Shown piece by piece: positions 1-8,448 of a stretch of 36,413 nt of DNA. Both the position numbers and the translations under genes were made by a program. The number at the start of each line of letters is the position of its first letter. Position 1 is the first letter of the stretch. Below the pieces are notes generated by a model, which was not told the DNA's origin, searched no databases, and worked only from the letters and a program-made list of their open reading frames with translations. This stretch comes from a virus. The DNA lies in IMG/VR virus record IMGVR_UViG_3300010327_000704, positions 1 through 36,413 of that record; one strand, given 5' to 3'.

Positions 1-2
1 GG

Positions 3-1526
3 ACGGGAGACCATACTTCGGTTGCGGGGCCCCCAAAGCACCTTGAAACCCTTATGAACCATGCAGGGGAGATAATGCTAGCAGCCCAACAAAACATGTC
101 CGGCGGCCAGGCAATGAGCCTCTGGAATGTTTTCGTCGCACCATTCGCCGCGGGGCGGTCGTATGATGAGATTAAACAGGCTGTGCAAATGTTCATATTC
201 AACCTTAACATGGCATACGCTGCTAGGGGGAGCCAAGTCCCATTCACAAGCATAAACTTGGAATTCGCAGTACCAGATTTCCTATCTGATGTGCTGGCTT
301 ACGGGCCCCGGGGCGAACGCGTGGGAGTATATGGGGACTTCTATGATGAGGCCAGGCAAGTTACAAGGGCATTTACAGAAGTGCTCCTGGAGGGTGACGC
401 TGATGGCAAACCCCATTTATTCCCAAATACAATATATGTCATCCGCAAAGAAACCCTAAAGGGCGAATTCGATGATGACCTGCACCTTGCACATGAATTA
501 GCCGCCAAATACGGGACAGCATATTTCGTTAACATGTTAGCAGATTACAGGGGTGAAATGTCCAATTATATGGGTTGCCGAACACTTCTCTCAGATAATT
601 GGACGGGGAACTGGGAACAAGACTGTCTTAGAACAGGGAACCTAGCATATGTAACGTTAAATCTTCCAAGGATCGCATACCAGGCAAAGGATGACGATGA
701 GATATTCGAGTATATTGACGAATACCTTGACCTTGCAATTAACATACTAGAATTAAGAAGAGAACAAGCACTCAAATGCCTAAACGACTATAATCTATTA
801 CCATTCCTCACACAAGAAATCGAGGGCGAAAACTATTACAGGATAGAAAATGCAACCCTAAGTTTCGGATACGTTGGTCTGAACGAGATGCTAGAATACC
901 ACACTGGAGACGACATCACAAACCCGGATGCCAACAAATTCGGACTCAAGGTAATAAGATACTTGTACGAACGCGCCCAGGAACTCAAAAAGGAAACTGG
1001 CTTGCGCTGGAGCGTACTGCAAACACCCGCTGAGAGCACAGCTCACAGATTCGCGATGCTAGACAAAAAATCCTATAAGGAGGCTATAGTACAAGGAAGG
1101 GAAAACTCATACTATTACACGAACTCTAGTCACGTGCCAGTAGACGCTGAAATAGACATGATAGAAAAGATAAAAATAGAAGAGGAGTATCATCCAATAA
1201 CACCCGGAGGGCATATATTCCATGCATGGCTTGGGGAAGCCCAACCAGACACACAAGCACTCACAAGATTCACAAAAAACATCTGCAAAAACACAAAGAT
1301 AGGATTCTGGGATTACAGCAGCGCACTAAGTTTCTGCCTCAAATGCAAAACCCTCATGAGAGGATTGCAAGAAACCTGCGCCAACTGCGGCGAAAAAGAA
1401 GAAGTAGAATGGTACGATCGTATAACAGGATACGTCCAGCAGGTTGGAAGGGCTAAATCATCCAGTGGAGGCTGGAACCCGGGTAAAAGACAAGAATTAC
1501 TCGACAGAAAGCGCTACAACTTATAG
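3..1526 (+). CDS. nrdD: Anaerobic (class III) ribonucleoside-triphosphate reductase, 5'-truncated by the window; probably a host gene
   Basis: Frame is open back to the window edge (TGDHTSVAGPPKHLETLMNH...). Has finger-loop YMGCRT, LRTGNLAYVTLNLPRIA, QTPAESTAHRFA, YYTNSSHVP, zinc ribbon CLKC...CANC and glycyl-radical motif RITGY. Confidence 0.96.
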   Translation, partial: TGDHTSVAGPPKHLETLMNHAGEIMLAAQQNMSGGQAMSLWNVFVAPFAAGRSYDEIKQAVQMFIFNLNMAYAARGSQVPFTSINLEFAVPDFLSDVLAYGPRGERVGVYGDFYDEARQVTRAFTEVLLEGDADGKPHLFPNTIYVIRKETLKGEFDDDLHLAHELAAKYGTAYFVNMLADYRGEMSNYMGCRTLLSDNWTGNWEQDCLRTGNLAYVTLNLPRIAYQAKDDDEIFEYIDEYLDLAINILELRREQALKCLNDYNLLPFLTQEIEGENYYRIENATLSFGYVGLNEMLEYHTGDDITNPDANKFGLKVIRYLYERAQELKKETGLRWSVLQTPAESTAHRFAMLDKKSYKEAIVQGRENSYYYTNSSHVPVDAEIDMIEKIKIEEEYHPITPGGHIFHAWLGEAQPDTQALTRFTKNICKNTKIGFWDYSSALSFCLKCKTLMRGLQETCANCGEKEEVEWYDRITGYVQQVGRAKSSSGGWNPGKRQELLDRKRYNL

Positions 1527-1540
1527 TTTCCTACAAGGCC

Positions 1541-1609
1541 ATGATAATTATACAACCCATTGGAAATGTTGAGGAAGAAATACTTAAAAAAAAAGAAGGG
1601 AGGTGGTGA
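1541..1609 (+). pseudogene. Truncated N-terminus of a probable host archaemetzincin (AmzA/M54)-like gene, MIIIQPIGNVEEEILKKKEGRW*
   Basis: ATG 14 nt after the nrdD stop, with host-like A-rich codons. The first 17 aa resemble the archaemetzincin start as I recall it (M-x-I-x-I-Q-P-[IL]-G-x-V-x-x-E-[IV]-L). The reading runs into virus-like sequence at the A9 run and stops. Confidence 0.55.
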
Positions 1610-1612
1610 AAA

Positions 1613-1951
1613 ATGAAATGGATCGTAACAAGACATCACGACACAGTGAGATGGATACAAACAGCAACAAACGACAACAGCTACAAGCAGATCGAACATT
1701 TGAATCAGAAGATCGTGAACTTGATGCGGCCGGGGGATCGGGTATACGGCGTCCTGCCGATCCATCTGATCAGAGAGCTCCTCGACAGGGGGATCAAATA
1801 CTACCAGATCGTGCTTCCGAATATTCCGCCGGAGAAGCGAGGGAAGGAATTGAACCTATCAGAGCTCAGAGAAGCCGGAATACGGATCTACCACGTCAAA
1901 GGCCTCGAGATGGAGGAGGTCAGACTCGGGGGGAATCACGATGATGGCTGA
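1613..1951 (+). CDS. csx16: Csx16 (Cas_VVA1548)-like protein, putative cyclic-oligoadenylate ring nuclease
   Basis: Matches the Csx16 pattern: N-terminal IVTRH, PGDRVYGVLPIHL, YYQIVL, RGKELNLSELREAGIRI; 112 aa. Strong SD GGAGGTGGTG before ATG 1613. Confidence 0.8.
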   Translation: MKWIVTRHHDTVRWIQTATNDNSYKQIEHLNQKIVNLMRPGDRVYGVLPIHLIRELLDRGIKYYQIVLPNIPPEKRGKELNLSELREAGIRIYHVKGLEMEEVRLGGNHDDG

Positions 1952-2228
1952 CGCCGTCATCACCGACATCTCAGTGAAGACGAAAGGAGAAATCTTCAGA
2001 GATAAGCTCAAATATGGAGAGCCATTCGAGAGGGTTCTCCGCATCAGAATGGTCGTCTTCGATGGGCGAGGACGCCAGATAGGCTACGCTAGCGACATAC
2101 TACCACTCTCGTATTCCCCGCGGTCAAAATACGGGAAGATGCTACGCCATTACGGCGAACTGACCACGGGGATGACCGTAAAAGTCCAAAACGACAAGGG
2201 GTGGTGGAAACTATGGATCCCAAAGTAG
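1941..2228 (+). CDS. Hypothetical protein (95 aa, beta-rich)
   Basis: Overlaps the upstream stop, has a GGGGGA SD-like site and virus-like codon usage; part of a tightly packed operon. Confidence 0.75.
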   Translation: MMADAVITDISVKTKGEIFRDKLKYGEPFERVLRIRMVVFDGRGRQIGYASDILPLSYSPRSKYGKMLRHYGELTTGMTVKVQNDKGWWKLWIPK

Positions 2229-2569
2229 ACAGGCTCGGAGACGTCGAAATCAAGGTTCTCGACGTCGCGACACCCCAAATCTACAGTCTGCACTTCAAGG
2301 AGGACGGAGAACATTTCTACGTGCTCCTCGAAACCATAGGAGGAGGCAATGTCCTCCTCAGGCAGATCCTTGTCCTTCATTCTGGGGAACTGATTCTGCT
2401 CGACCGGACGCTCGACGACGACACGATCAGACACGTCAGAGAAAGAATCGCCGGATTCTCAGCCGGCAGACAAGTCAAAACTTGGAAGGACGTTCTTGTG
2501 GATGCTGTGTTCGATGACGTGCTCTTCCCAGACCCCCGAGCACGGAGAACATCAAGATTAGAAAAGTGA
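2213..2569 (+). CDS. Hypothetical protein (~118 aa)
   Basis: ORF track start is 2201 (GTG). ATG 2213 with upstream GGGGTGGTGG is the likelier start. Operon packing supports a real gene. Confidence 0.72.
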   Translation: MDPKVDRLGDVEIKVLDVATPQIYSLHFKEDGEHFYVLLETIGGGNVLLRQILVLHSGELILLDRTLDDDTIRHVRERIAGFSAGRQVKTWKDVLVDAVFDDVLFPDPRARRTSRLEK

Positions 2570-2585
2570 GGAGGTGAATAGGAAG

Positions 2586-2732
2586 ATGGAGAAGAAAGAA
2601 CTATACATGACGCTGCCAAGAGATCTCTATAGGGCAGTGTCCCGAAGCGCGAAGGCAAACGAGCGTACCGTGAGCCAGGAAATCCGATACGCGCTCCGAA
2701 AATACCTACGAGAAAGAGGTGAAAGGATATGA
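2586..2732 (+). CDS. Ribbon-helix-helix (CopG/Arc-like) transcription regulator, 48 aa; not in the ORF track
   Basis: Hand translation gives MEKKELYMTLPRDLYRAVSRSAKANERTVSQEIRYALRKYLRERGERI*, with beta-strand LYMTLP, helix, turn, then SQEIRYAL. SD GGAGGTGA upstream; ATGA overlap with the next gene. Confidence 0.85.
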   Translation: MEKKELYMTLPRDLYRAVSRSAKANERTVSQEIRYALRKYLRERGERI

Positions 2733-3625
2733 AGAACGAAAGCCAATTTATAGACCGCTTGAGCCTTGTCGCTCAGCGGTTCAAGGAAATGCCCGAGGAA
2801 ACAGTCCAGCTCCTCAAAAAAACAGTCGCACCCGGCGCAACCGACGAAGAACTCGCACTATTCCTCTACATGGCCAAACAATACGACCTCGACCCCCTCC
2901 TCGGGGAAATATACTTCGTGAAAATGCCAGACAAGAAAAGAACTGACACCAAACCCACATTCATCGTCTCCCGCGACGGATACCTCAAAATAGCCATGAG
3001 ACACCCAGAATTTCATGGTCTCAACTCCTTCACAGTCAGGGAAGGCGACGAGTTCGAGATCAACGCTGAGAGTGGGCGGGTCAAGCATCGGTTCGGTGCC
3101 AAGCGCGGAAGAATCCTCGGGGCATGGGCCATCGCCTACCGGAAAGGATACAGTCCATCCGTCGCGTTTGTCGACTTCAACGAATACGTGCGGAGGAATA
3201 GCCAGTCTTGGCAGCGTCACCCATCTGCGATGATTCAGAAAGTCGCGGAGGTCTTCGTGCTGCGCCGACAGTTCAACCTCAGCGGTCTATATATCAAGGA
3301 AGAGTTTGACAGGCATGGAATCGAGGTGAAGGCCCCGGAGACGGAAAAAGCGAAGGCAACGATTGCCATAGCTCCAGAACAGGGAAGTCAGCCAATCACC
3401 CAGGTCGAAATTCAAACCCCTGAGAACAACATCAGAGAGTCAGAACCCGCCACCGAAAAGACTCCGAAGATCTACAAGGTGCTGATCAATGATATCAAGG
3501 AGTCAGGGAAAAGCATCACCAAGGGCAACATCATAGCGTTGGCCATGAAGAAGATGAAGGCCGGTGAGATCACCCCCGCCGAATTCAGAAAGCTCAAAGA
3601 ACACCTTGCCAAGGTATTCCCATGA
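2729..3625 (+). CDS. recT: RecT/Red-beta (Bet) family single-strand annealing protein
   Basis: ATDEELALFLYMAKQYDLDPLLGEIYFVK, IVSRDGYLKIA, GAWAIAYRKG, WQRHPSAMIQKVAE...LRRQF..SGLY..EE are the Bet/RecT core motifs. Confidence 0.9.
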   Translation: MKNESQFIDRLSLVAQRFKEMPEETVQLLKKTVAPGATDEELALFLYMAKQYDLDPLLGEIYFVKMPDKKRTDTKPTFIVSRDGYLKIAMRHPEFHGLNSFTVREGDEFEINAESGRVKHRFGAKRGRILGAWAIAYRKGYSPSVAFVDFNEYVRRNSQSWQRHPSAMIQKVAEVFVLRRQFNLSGLYIKEEFDRHGIEVKAPETEKAKATIAIAPEQGSQPITQVEIQTPENNIRESEPATEKTPKIYKVLINDIKESGKSITKGNIIALAMKKMKAGEITPAEFRKLKEHLAKVFP

Positions 3626-3682
3626 CTCTTCCTTCTTTCTTTTTCTTTTTTTTTTCTATTGGGGAAAAGGAACCCTTTTTTT
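3626..3682 (+). terminator. Oligo-T archaeal terminator region after recT
   Basis: Pyrimidine tract with T10 at 3646-3655, then a short AAAAGG-AAC-CCTTTT hairpin and a further T-run. Confidence 0.65.
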
Positions 3683-3710
3683 CTTCGAGAATGACGGAAG
3701 TTGATTCCAA

Positions 3711-6287
3711 ATGATGCCATTGCTCTTGAATGAAGCCCTCAATGACAAATTGAGGCGAAAACACGGCTTAAACATCGTTTTCACGAACAAGGAGAAGCGG
3801 CCGTTACTCAAGGGATGGAACGAGTTCATAGAAAAGCCCCAGACAGACCAAGACCTCAAGAAATCGTTCCGCAGCGGATCATCGGCGTACGGCTACGTCT
3901 GTGGATGGAATGATCTGATTTGCATCGATTTCGACAACCCACTACCCTATTTCTTGTGCCAAAAAGAATTTGGAGACCGTTTCGACACCTTCACAGTCGA
4001 AACCCCGAATAGGGGTTTCCATGTCTATTTTTTTTCATCAGAATCAAATCAGAAAAAGAATATCAACACGTATAAGGACAATCTGCACGTTGAGATCATC
4101 CTGCGGGGCAATTCGCTGTGCCACGGCCGCATAGAAACCCGACGTGGCCTCGAAGAATACATCATCAAGGTGGATAAGGACATCCGCCGTGATAACACGA
4201 TAATCATGGACGTTCTTTCGTTTCTCGAGGAGACGATAGCTAAGCTCGAGTTCTTGGAGTACGAATGTGTTAAGGCGGCTCTCCGGGGAAAACCAGAGCT
4301 CAGCCACGAAGCCCGGCTAATATTCGCCAACTTCCTCGTCCGAGAACTAAAACCATCAATCGCCAGATACTTTTTCAGAAATCAGAGCGACTACAACAAG
4401 AAAACGACAGTATATCAGCTGCGATCTACGCTCTCAAAAATAGAAAAGGGCGAACTGAATCCGCCGACATGCAAGACTATGCGCAGCGTATTCAATGTAG
4501 ACGCCTCGATCTGCGAGAATTGCATACGACACGAACAGGACAAGGCCATACCAGAGAAGAAAGAGAAGCTGAGGACGATCTCAGTCGACGATCTCCTTGA
4601 GAATGTTGGATTGGCCCGGCCGAAGATCCAGACAGGCCAACACTGGGACGAGGCCGAGAAGAAACTCTATTATAGCTGGTACGACCCAAAGAAAGACGCT
4701 TTCCTCGTTCTGGGAGAGGACGGGCTTGGGGTCGGGATACACGACGACGACATCAAAGATTGGAAGAAAATGCCAGAGAACGTCCACCGAATGGAAGGAG
4801 CCAAAATTAAACCCCCAAAACGCGTCGAAGATGTTGTTCTCGGCTGCCTTGTGAAATGGGCCCATGAAGGCTTCCCAGCCGGAAAAAAGCTCACGCTCAG
4901 CAACCTATACGACCGAATCTACCAAGCCCTCAAAAAATACATCTATTTTCGATACGAAACAGAATATTCGCTTGTTTCAGCATGGATAATAGGCACATAC
5001 ATGCGCCAGGCCTTCATATGGTACCCATACCTCGTCTTTTTTGGTCTGAGGAATGTTGGAAAGTCCACAGCGATCACGGTACTCTCTCGGCTCTGCTTCC
5101 AGGGTGCGGGGGACAGCACGGGCGACAGAAGTGAAGCAGTGATATTCAGAAAGGCGTCCGGACTCAAAGGGCTCATGACAGTCGACCATTTCGAAGAAAT
5201 AATCAACAATCCCGTGAAAAACATCACATACCATCAGTTTCTCGAAAACGCCTGGTATCGGGACAACACAGTCGAAAGAATGAACGACAACTTCGACGTA
5301 GACTCATTCACGGCCAGTGTGAGCGTAGCGGTCTCAACAAGAGAGGAGAATGACGTTCTCGGAGAAAAGGGGATCGTGGTGATCATGGAGGAGGCACCTC
5401 GAAACAGCTCATATGCCGACAACTACCGAAAAATTCTCTCTGACCCCGAATTCGATGAAATCACCCGGCTAGCCCACCTCGTAGCCCTCAAATACGCCAA
5501 GGACGTCCACAACACTTATATCAACCTCAGCCAAGGCGACGGTTGGAAAATACAAGGCAGAGACTGGAACAAGATATCCCCGCTTCTGTCCATTGTCGCG
5601 GTCATCGATCAGGAAAAAGGAGAAGATTCCAAACTATTCGAAGAACTCTACGAGTACGCCGAAGAATATTCGAGAAGGAGAAAGGACGAAACCAGTGATA
5701 TCGAGGACTTGGCGCTCCAGTACATCATCGAAGAAGGCTATGACAGATACACGCTCAAGGAACTGCAAGAACACATCAAGGAGGAAATCGACCCATACAT
5801 AACGCCCCAAAAGGTCGGGCAGATCATGAAAAAACTCCTCATCACAAAACGAAAGTCGAAAAGAGGTGGTGAGACAATCTACTACATAGATCGGAAGCTC
5901 GCGACCAAAAAAGCCCTCGAGAGGGGCATACCACTCGCAAGCGACCACATATACACCCACGAAACCCAAGAAACAGAAGAAACCACTAAAAAAACCGAAG
6001 ATGGGGCCACAAGGCCTGAGGACGGTGAAGGGACGGTGGAATTCACCGACATCGAAGAGAAAGCCCTTAGGATCGTCTACGCCGAGATGGACAACCCCAA
6101 CCAAGCATGCGGATACCAAACGCTGCTATCCGGGCTGGCAGCACATGACGTCATCTTGGACGAAGCCCAGCTCGCAATAGAGCGTCTCAAAGCCCGAGGT
6201 TACCTCCGGGAGGAGGTAATAGGTCATATTCACATCCCAGAAGAAAAAATAGCCAAACTAATCGACATGGGGGTGATCAAGATATGA
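3711..6287 (+). CDS. Replication protein: AEP primase-polymerase + PriL-like Fe-S domain + P-loop helicase-like domain
   Basis: AEP motifs LICIDFD and ETPNRGFHVYF. Four-Cys region ECV...PPTC...ICENC. Walker A GLRNVGKST and Walker B-like MTVDHFEE. Probable winged-helix segments at the C-terminus. Confidence 0.82.
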   Translation: MMPLLLNEALNDKLRRKHGLNIVFTNKEKRPLLKGWNEFIEKPQTDQDLKKSFRSGSSAYGYVCGWNDLICIDFDNPLPYFLCQKEFGDRFDTFTVETPNRGFHVYFFSSESNQKKNINTYKDNLHVEIILRGNSLCHGRIETRRGLEEYIIKVDKDIRRDNTIIMDVLSFLEETIAKLEFLEYECVKAALRGKPELSHEARLIFANFLVRELKPSIARYFFRNQSDYNKKTTVYQLRSTLSKIEKGELNPPTCKTMRSVFNVDASICENCIRHEQDKAIPEKKEKLRTISVDDLLENVGLARPKIQTGQHWDEAEKKLYYSWYDPKKDAFLVLGEDGLGVGIHDDDIKDWKKMPENVHRMEGAKIKPPKRVEDVVLGCLVKWAHEGFPAGKKLTLSNLYDRIYQALKKYIYFRYETEYSLVSAWIIGTYMRQAFIWYPYLVFFGLRNVGKSTAITVLSRLCFQGAGDSTGDRSEAVIFRKASGLKGLMTVDHFEEIINNPVKNITYHQFLENAWYRDNTVERMNDNFDVDSFTASVSVAVSTREENDVLGEKGIVVIMEEAPRNSSYADNYRKILSDPEFDEITRLAHLVALKYAKDVHNTYINLSQGDGWKIQGRDWNKISPLLSIVAVIDQEKGEDSKLFEELYEYAEEYSRRRKDETSDIEDLALQYIIEEGYDRYTLKELQEHIKEEIDPYITPQKVGQIMKKLLITKRKSKRGGETIYYIDRKLATKKALERGIPLASDHIYTHETQETEETTKKTEDGATRPEDGEGTVEFTDIEEKALRIVYAEMDNPNQACGYQTLLSGLAAHDVILDEAQLAIERLKARGYLREEVIGHIHIPEEKIAKLIDMGVIKI

Positions 6288-6751
6288 GTTCGCGCCGAAC
6301 CTACACACTCAGGCGTTGCAGCCGATGTGGGGAGAGCCGCAGCATGCGAGAACTCGAAAACGGCTCATGGGTCTGCTACCGTTGTCTCAGAGGCGATGAC
6401 ATGGTTCTATGCGAGCTATGCGGCGAATACAAACCATACCAAGACTATCCGAGGAAGGGCCGTTGGCGGTTACGCTATTGCCAGACGTGCAAGGACACAT
6501 CGTACGAGATCAGGAAGACGTGGGGCGTGGAACTCACCACACTCGCCAGAAAAAAGCTACTCCAAAAAGAAGTCAGATCAGACAATGGGAGAATTATATT
6601 GTCTCTCGATAAGGCGGTGCAGTTGGCGATGAAAGGCCACGTACACCCGAAACGATTAAAACCCGACGAGCAGCACCTTTTTCTGATAATATGCTCCGGG
6701 GACTGGCAAATCCTCGAAAGGAGCCCACAAGGTGGCCAAGATGAAAAATAA
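6284..6751 (+). CDS. Multi-CxxC zinc-finger protein
   Basis: CSRC, CYRC, CELC, CQTC; ATGA overlap with the primase stop. Confidence 0.75.
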   Translation: MSSRRTYTLRRCSRCGESRSMRELENGSWVCYRCLRGDDMVLCELCGEYKPYQDYPRKGRWRLRYCQTCKDTSYEIRKTWGVELTTLARKKLLQKEVRSDNGRIILSLDKAVQLAMKGHVHPKRLKPDEQHLFLIICSGDWQILERSPQGGQDEK

Positions 6752-6914
6752 CGGCACGATCAGCATAAAAGTCAACAAAACAGCCATGGAACAATACCTC
6801 GAGCAGATGGAGCTCGTGAGACTTTCATTAACCAGGAAACGAGAATACGAGGCGGCCATAATCCTAGATGACTTCCTCGAACTCCTAAAATGCAAAATGA
6901 AGAAAAAGAGCTGA
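6741..6914 (+). CDS. Small hypothetical protein (57-60 aa)
   Basis: Track start is 6732 (GTG); ATG 6741 has AAGGTGG upstream. Last gene of the rightward arm. Confidence 0.6.
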   Translation: MKNNGTISIKVNKTAMEQYLEQMELVRLSLTRKREYEAAIILDDFLELLKCKMKKKS

Positions 6915-7134
6915 TAAAATGTAAAAAAAAAGAAGAACATAGGAGGCCCTAAGTCCACCCCGCAAAGGTCAAGATAACGCCTGAAAGATCCAAAAAAAAA
7001 AAGTTTTATACTGATTCCCTTTTCTCTCTCTTTTTTTTCATGTGCAGAGCATGTAATGGAACGTGATACAATATTCACCGCCTATGATCCGATACGACCG
7101 CCTATAATGATAAGCCATGCCGTTATATGCCCCT
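6915..7134. terminator. Convergent terminator/intergenic region between the early and late arms
   Basis: A9 (6923-6931) and A11 (6992-7002) act as T-runs for the minus-strand operon; T8 (7031-7038) serves the plus strand. Confidence 0.6.
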
Positions 7135-7434
7135 TTAGGGAGCCAAAGCCGGCGGATCCCCATCACCCCACCTCTCATAACTCCTTTTGAAAATTCGCAG
7201 AATCAACGGCAAGTACATGTAGTCATCATCATGAATTTGAATCTGAAGATGCTCCTCATCCGACGAGAAGTGGACCTGAGCCCCAACCAGGATCGCTGCA
7301 AAGTTAAGGATATCACAAATCTCTTGATTTGTTCGGAACACCCACGGCTTGCTCCGTATGAACCATCGGAGCATTCTTTCGAAGTATTGGACTGTGGCTT
7401 CGCCTTCTAGGTCGATGATCATCGCCATCTCCAT
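7135..7434 (-). CDS. Hypothetical protein (99 aa), last gene of the late operon
   Basis: AGGAGG SD upstream of ATG 7434; same orientation as the late operon. Confidence 0.7.
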   Translation of the reverse strand: MEMAMIIDLEGEATVQYFERMLRWFIRSKPWVFRTNQEICDILNFAAILVGAQVHFSSDEEHLQIQIHDDDYMYLPLILRIFKRSYERWGDGDPPALAP

Positions 7435-7488
7435 ACACTCTATCCTCCTGATTATAGTCTGTTTTTTTGGAATTCTGCTAAGGGGAGG

Positions 7489-8370
7489 CTAATCTTCGAA
7501 GTCAATCTCTGAAAACAGTGGGATATGCACAATACTCCAGAAATCCGACGCAAGATTTAGATCGAGATACCTATAGCTGAGATAACCATACCCGCCGTCC
7601 CCCCAATCCTCACCCCAACTATTCCGGATCACCAAGGCTTCTTTCCGGTCGTCGTAGCCCACAGCGAGCACTGCATGGCCGCCCGCAAGCACGTCGTCAG
7701 CCCCGGGCGGCTCGATAAAACCATTGTCAGCCGCTTGCTCAATAGCCTTCCGATAGACGAGGAAACCGAAGAGGATTGGTTGCCCGGCGGCCAGATGCTT
7801 CTTCAAGTCACCAAGCACCTTTCCTTGCTTTCTATATTGTTCTTCGTAGTTGTACCATGAATCTATCGAGAATTCATCGGCCAATCCGTAAACGTAGACG
7901 TCATAATCTCTGTCGAAGCGGTTGGGGTTGTATTCTGTCCCGAATTTGGGATCTTCCTCTGGGGCTCCGAAACGGTGCAGAGCCCGCATAGTATCCTTTA
8001 TCGATGATCCAACATCACCCTGGGGTGTTCCCATGAGAATGCGGCTATGTTTGTATATGAATAGCCGTGATGGCGTTCGAGACCATGAGGATCCGGTGTT
8101 CTGCTCGTACCATCGCCGCTGGTAGTATTCGAGGGCTGCTGCGGCCGTCTGAGCCGTGCAAGAACCAATATGTCCCTGATCATACACCGGCGGAAAATGT
8201 TCTCTGAGATCTACACGATCCGGCAATGTAGATGTGTCCTCTGGGACTTCTGTGTCCGTAGCATCGAAAAGAAAGCATCTGACGCTTTCTAGGGCCGTCT
8301 CATGCTTCTTGTATTTGGAGGGGATCCATCCTCTCAGGGAATAGGTTCGTCCTGCGTGTCGAATTTCCAC
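7489..8370 (-). CDS. Papain-family (C1A) cysteine peptidase, candidate endolysin
   Basis: DQGHIGSCTA (oxyanion Gln + catalytic Cys), GGHAVLAVGY (His), IRNSWGEDWGDGGYGY (Asn); prokaryotic xylellain-like layout; no signal peptide visible. Confidence 0.93.
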   Translation of the reverse strand: MEIRHAGRTYSLRGWIPSKYKKHETALESVRCFLFDATDTEVPEDTSTLPDRVDLREHFPPVYDQGHIGSCTAQTAAAALEYYQRRWYEQNTGSSWSRTPSRLFIYKHSRILMGTPQGDVGSSIKDTMRALHRFGAPEEDPKFGTEYNPNRFDRDYDVYVYGLADEFSIDSWYNYEEQYRKQGKVLGDLKKHLAAGQPILFGFLVYRKAIEQAADNGFIEPPGADDVLAGGHAVLAVGYDDRKEALVIRNSWGEDWGDGGYGYLSYRYLDLNLASDFWSIVHIPLFSEIDFED

Positions 8371-8448
8371 TCTCAGACACCCCTTCCCTCGGACCCTTTT
8401 TTTTTGCTATAAGCTTCTAGTGTGAGCCGTTTCACCATCTGGCGTATC

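Noticed and set aside
54-1526. nrdD as a viral auxiliary metabolic gene
   Set aside because: Composition and codon style differ from the viral genes, and it is followed by a host-like gene stub, so it is better explained as chromosome.
2729-3625. RecT without an adjacent RecE/lambda-exonuclease partner
   Set aside because: Solo annealases are common and a partner could lie outside the window.
7117-7410. Plus-strand 97-aa ORF after the TATA-like box
   Set aside because: It is antisense to a gene with a good SD, has no SD of its own and has an uninformative sequence.
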